Source: Heptranchias perlo
Lineage: Eukaryota
Direction of reading: 5' to 3'
DNA length: 64,000 bases
Assembly: GCF_035084215.1 (NCBI RefSeq)
Contig: NC_090363.1
Location: 13,268,001 to 13,332,000 of the forward strand
Both the position numbers and the translations under genes were made by a program. This document shows, piece by piece, positions 59,560-64,000 of this stretch. Under the pieces are notes generated by a model. That model had not been told where the DNA came from and searched no databases. It was given only the letters and a program-made list of their open reading frames with translations. How positions within the stretch are numbered: the stretch's first letter is position 1; each line of letters begins with the position of its first letter.

Positions 59560-59995
59560 AAAAACTTGCATTTATATAGCACCTTTCACCACCTCAGGAT
59601 GTCCCAAAGCACCTTGCAGTCAATGAAGTACTTTTTGAAGTGTAGTCACTGTTGTAATATAGGAAACGCGGCAGCCAATTTGCGCACAGCAAGCTCCCAC
59701 AAACAATGACCAGATAACCTGTTTTTTTAGTGATATTGGTTGAGGGATAAAAGTTGACCTGAGTACCAGTGAACACTCACCTGCTCTTCTTTGAAATAGT
59801 GCTATGGGATCTTTTACATCCACCTGCAGGGCCTTTAGCATCTCAACCAAAAGACAGCATCTCCAACAGTGCAGCACCTCCCTCAGTATTGCACTGGAGT
59901 CTCAGCCTGGATTATGTGCTGAAGGCTCTGGAGTGGGATTTGAACCCATAACCTTCTGACTCAGAGACAAACTACTACTTACTGAGCCACAGCAA
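59560..59995 (-). mobile_element. Deu SINE
   Basis: reverse complement of the SINE including the B box. Confidence 0.8.
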
Positions 59996-60957
59996 CACTT
60001 GTATAGGTAGTGGGCATAATGAGGGACTCCATGAAGGTTCAGTCCTTATGTAAAGTCGTTTGTCATGATACAAAGTAAACAGCTGAGATTTTTGGAACTT
60101 TTATTGCTTTGGAACAGATGGTGTAAACTTAAGTGATGTATTGTAATGTGCTGATCCAGTTTTGTTTCTATAATCTTACCTCTTGATTGACATGAATTAG
60201 TGCTTCTTAGCCTGAACGACTGAGTCTAGCTGTGCCATGTTTTCTGTCAGAGTGGGGAGATCCGGAGCATTTGGAAGGTAAGCCATGGGTAAGGAGCATT
60301 TGGACATGGGCCTGAATTGTAACAGTGGATTATTTCAAACATCTTGGCATTCTTTTCTTGATGTCTATCCTAAAAAATTTTTAAAAATGAAACCGAGCCC
60401 AGACTGAGGGGATGAAAGTTTCCTTTGTTTGGCGGCTGTACACGAAGTGAGTTTGGGGAACTCTTGAACAAGTTCTAACTGAGCGCAGGCCCACAGAACG
60501 AAACTATTCCTAAAATTAGTACCGTGGAAAATGAAATTTATATCGAACCTTGGTTGGACCATACTTGAAGTGCTGGGTGCAGTTCTGGTCTCCATACTCC
60601 AAAAATTAGCATTGAAAGAAAGACTTGCATTTATATAGTGGCTTTCATGGCCTCAGGACGCCCCAAAGCGCTTTACAGCCAATGAGGTATTTTTGAAGTG
60701 TAGTAACTGTTGTAATGTAGGAAACACCGGGAAAAGTGCGGAAAAGATGTACAAGGAAATTTAACTTAGTTTAAACTTAGTTAAATAACTTTAAAAAGCT
60801 GCAAGTCAGTGGCAATTAATAGTTAACGGACAATCAGCTATAAGTAAGTTCCTGACTGGATGTTAGTTGTTGTGGCTGGAAGTTGACGAACCAATTGTAA
60901 CTAGGGTGTGTCAGAAAGATATATCGTACAAGGATCTTTGCAAAAGCACGGAGGTAT

Positions 60958-62132
60958 TTTATTTATTCGTTCATGGGATGTGGGCGTCGCTGGCGAGGCC
61001 GGCATTTACTGCCCATCCCTAATTGCCCTTGAGAAGGTGGTGGTGAGCCGCCTTCTTGAACCGCTGCAGTCCGTGTGGTGAAGGTTCTCCCACAGTGCTG
61101 TTAGGAAGGGAGTTCCAGGATTTTGACCCAGCGACGATGAAGGAACGGCGATATATTTCCAAGTCGGGATGGTGTGTGACTTGGAGGGGAACGTGCAGGT
61201 GGTGTTGTTCCCATGTGCCTGCTGCCCTTGTCCTTCTGGGTGGTAGAGGTCGCAGGTTTGGGAGGTGCTGTCAAAGAAGCCTTGGCGAGTTGCTGCAGTG
61301 CATCCTGTGGATGGTACACACTGCAGCCACAGTGCGGCGGTGGTGAATGGAGTGAATGTTTAGGGTGGTGGATGGGGTGCCAATCAAGCGGGCTACTTTG
61401 TCCTGGATGGTGTCGAGCTTCTTGAGTGTTGTTTGAGCTGCACTCATCCAGGCAAGTGGAGAGTATTCCATCACACTCCTGACTTGTGCCTTGTAGATGG
61501 TGAAAAGGCTTTGGGGAGTCAGGAGGTGAGTCACTCGCCACAGAATACCCAGCCTCTGACCTGCTCTTGTAGCCACAGTATTTATGTGGCTGGTCCAGTT
61601 AAGTTTCTGGTCAATGGTGACCCCCAGGATGTTGATGGTGGGGGGATTCGGCGATGGTAATGCCGTTGAATGTCAAGGGGAGGTGGTTAGACTCTTTCTT
61701 GTTGGAGATGGTCATTGCCTGGCACTTGTCTGGCGTGAATGTTACTTGCCACTTATGAGCCCAAGCCTGGATGTTGTCCAGGCCTTGCTGCATGCGGGCT
61801 CGGACTGCTTCATTATCTGAGGGGTTGCGAAAGGAACTGAACACTGTGCAATCATCAGCGAACATCCCCATTTCTGACCTTATGATGGAGGGAAGGTCAT
61901 TGATGAAGCAGCTGAAGATGGTTGGGCCTAGGACACTGCCCTGAGGAACTCCTGCAGCAATGTCCTGGGGCTGAGATGATTGGCCTCCAACAACCACTAC
62001 CATCTTCCTTTGTGCTAGGTATGACTCCAGCCACTGGAGAGTTTTCCCCCTGATTCCCATTGACTTCAATTTTACTCGGGCTCCTTGGTCAAATGCTGCC
62101 TTGATGTCAAGGGCAGTCACTCTCACCTCACC
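60958..62132 (-). mobile_element. Family B LINE fragment (RT to 3' end)
   Basis: ALDIKAAFD, GVPQGSVLGP, MFADD. Confidence 0.9.
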
Positions 62133-62134
62133 TG

Positions 62135-64000
62135 CACAGAGCTTGAGAAAGACAGAGAGTGAATCTTTATCAGAGTGAAGACTTTCAACTGGGAATTTGG
62201 TGAGTGTGGGAATTAGGTGCAGAGGGCGGAGGAGGTGCTAACTGATTTAAACCAAGGGGCTATACACTAATCCATCAACTTTTAAAACTTAAATTTAAAA
62301 AAAAATTATATATTTTTTAAAAAGCTAAGACTGAGGAATCAAAAAATCAAGAAAAAGTTAAAAGTGACATCACGAGACAAGTAGGCATGCTGAGGGTAAG
62401 TTAGTATTTAGTCATTGGTTAGTGTCTTTAGTGGTTAGTTAGTGTTCTTTAGTGGTTAGTGTTTTAGTGTTCGACAAACAGTAAAGTGCCTTAAAACCAA
62501 ACAAACAGTTTAAATATCTGTTCGATGACATGGCAGGATGACTGGGGCCCGTCTCAAGCACATCCTGTACCATGTGGGAACTCCAGAACACTTTGTGTGT
62601 CCTGGAAAACCACATGTGCAGGAAGTGCCGCCAACTGCTAGAGTTCAGAGTTTCTGAGCCTGGGGGTACGGCTGGCGTCACGACAGTGCACACGGGAAGC
62701 TGAGAGGTTCGTGGATAGCACGCTTCAGGAGATGGTCACCCCGCAGCTACAGAGAGTTCAGGCTGAGAGGGAGTGACTAGGAGGAACAGGCAGGCAGTGC
62801 AGGAATCCCCACGGCTACATAGAGGGGCAAAAGAAATGCAGTTGTTATAGGGGATTCGATAGTCAGGGGGATGGACAGGCGTTTCTGCAGCTGCAGACAT
62901 GAGTCCCACATGGTGTGTTGCCTCCCTCGTGTCAGGGTAAAGGACATCACTGAGAGGATGCAGGACATTCTAAGGGGGAAAGGGGAACAGCCAGAAGTCG
63001 TGGTCCATGTGGGAACCAATGACATAGGAAGTAAAAGGGTTGAGGTCCTGCATTTCAGGTGCTAGTGAGGACGTGCATGACCTCAAAGGTAGTAATCTCC
63101 AGATTACTCCCAGCGCCATGCGCTAGTGAGTATAGGACAGGTTAATGCGTGGCTGGAGAAACGGTGCAGGAGGGAGGACTTCAGATTCCTGGGGCATTGG
63201 GACCAGTTCTGGGGCAGGAGGGATCTGTTCAAGATGGACCTCAACAGAGCTGGGACCAATGTCCTCGTGGGGAGGTTAACTAGCGCTGTAGGGGAGGGTT
63301 TAAACTAATTTGGCAGGGGGATGGGCACAAGGATGAAACATTATAGAGGAGAAACAAGGCGTGCAGAGGACTGGGAGGGACATGTAGTACTAGAGTAAAG
63401 AACAGTTCAGAAATAGGAGGAACCAGACAGGGAGCAAATGCAAGGTAGACTAAGAGATTGGAGTGCATGTGCGTAAATGTACGTAGTGTGGTAAATAAGG
63501 TCGGTGAGCTGCAGACACAAGTCACCACATGGGACTATGATATAGTGGCATAACAGAGAGCTGGCTCAAAGAAGGGGAGGATTGGGGACTTAATATTCCT
63601 GGCTACAAGGTATTCAGGAAAGATAGGAGTGGGCTGGGGTGGCAGTATTGATCAAAGAAACTATTATAACACTAGAAAGGGATGATGTAGTTGAGGGGTC
63701 AAAGACAGAATCTATATGGTTAGAATTAAGGAACAATAGAGGAGCTATTACACTACTGGGTGTGGACGATAGGCCACCGAATAGTGGGAAGGAGATAGAG
63801 GAGCAAATTTGCAGGCAAATTTCAGAAATATGCAAGAACTATAGAGTAGTGATAATGGGGGACTTCAATTATCCCAATATAGACTGGGATAGTAACAGGG
63901 TAAAGGGCAAAGAGGGGGAGGAATTCCTGAAATGTGTACAAGAGAACTTTCTGGAACAGTTTGTTCCCAGCCCAACCAGGAAGGAAGCAGTGCTGGATCT
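62135..64000 (+). mobile_element. 5' part of a CR1 LINE: 5' UTR, degraded ORF1 (Zn finger + esterase) and ORF2 APE endonuclease start; runs off the window
   Basis: CRKC; AVVIGDSIVRG..CCLP..VVVHVGTNDIG; NVRSVVNK, MGDFNYPNIDW; frameshifts and stops. Confidence 0.85.

Overview
Eukaryotic, repeat-rich vertebrate DNA. The repeats (Deu-domain tRNA SINE, CR1, L2, Penelope) point to a cartilaginous fish (shark). There is a 200-N scaffold gap at 18350-18549. Three spliced genes can be built. (1) A 6-exon + strand TRIM (RING/B-box/coiled-coil/PRY-SPRY, about 743 aa). Its last exon continues past B30.2 into a roughly 240-aa Cys/Gly/Trp-rich, internally duplicated multi-pass membrane domain, and a perfect ISRE sits 12 nt before the ATG. 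This is the most novel item. (2) HSD17B8 (KE6, an MHC-region marker), exons 4-9 only; exons 1-3 are not visible. (3) BBS10 on the - strand, tail-to-tail with HSD17B8, with a CpG promoter carrying CLEAR/CRE/YY1 motifs near 55.6-56.2 kb. The BBS10 locus also holds two foldback Penelope-like insertions with target-site duplications, each with a minimal hammerhead ribozyme on both strands. About a dozen minisatellites are present, several apparently seeded by a LINE, a splice donor or a transcription-factor site. Most entries in the ORF track are repeat artefacts. All coordinates were read by eye, and repeat boundaries are approximate.
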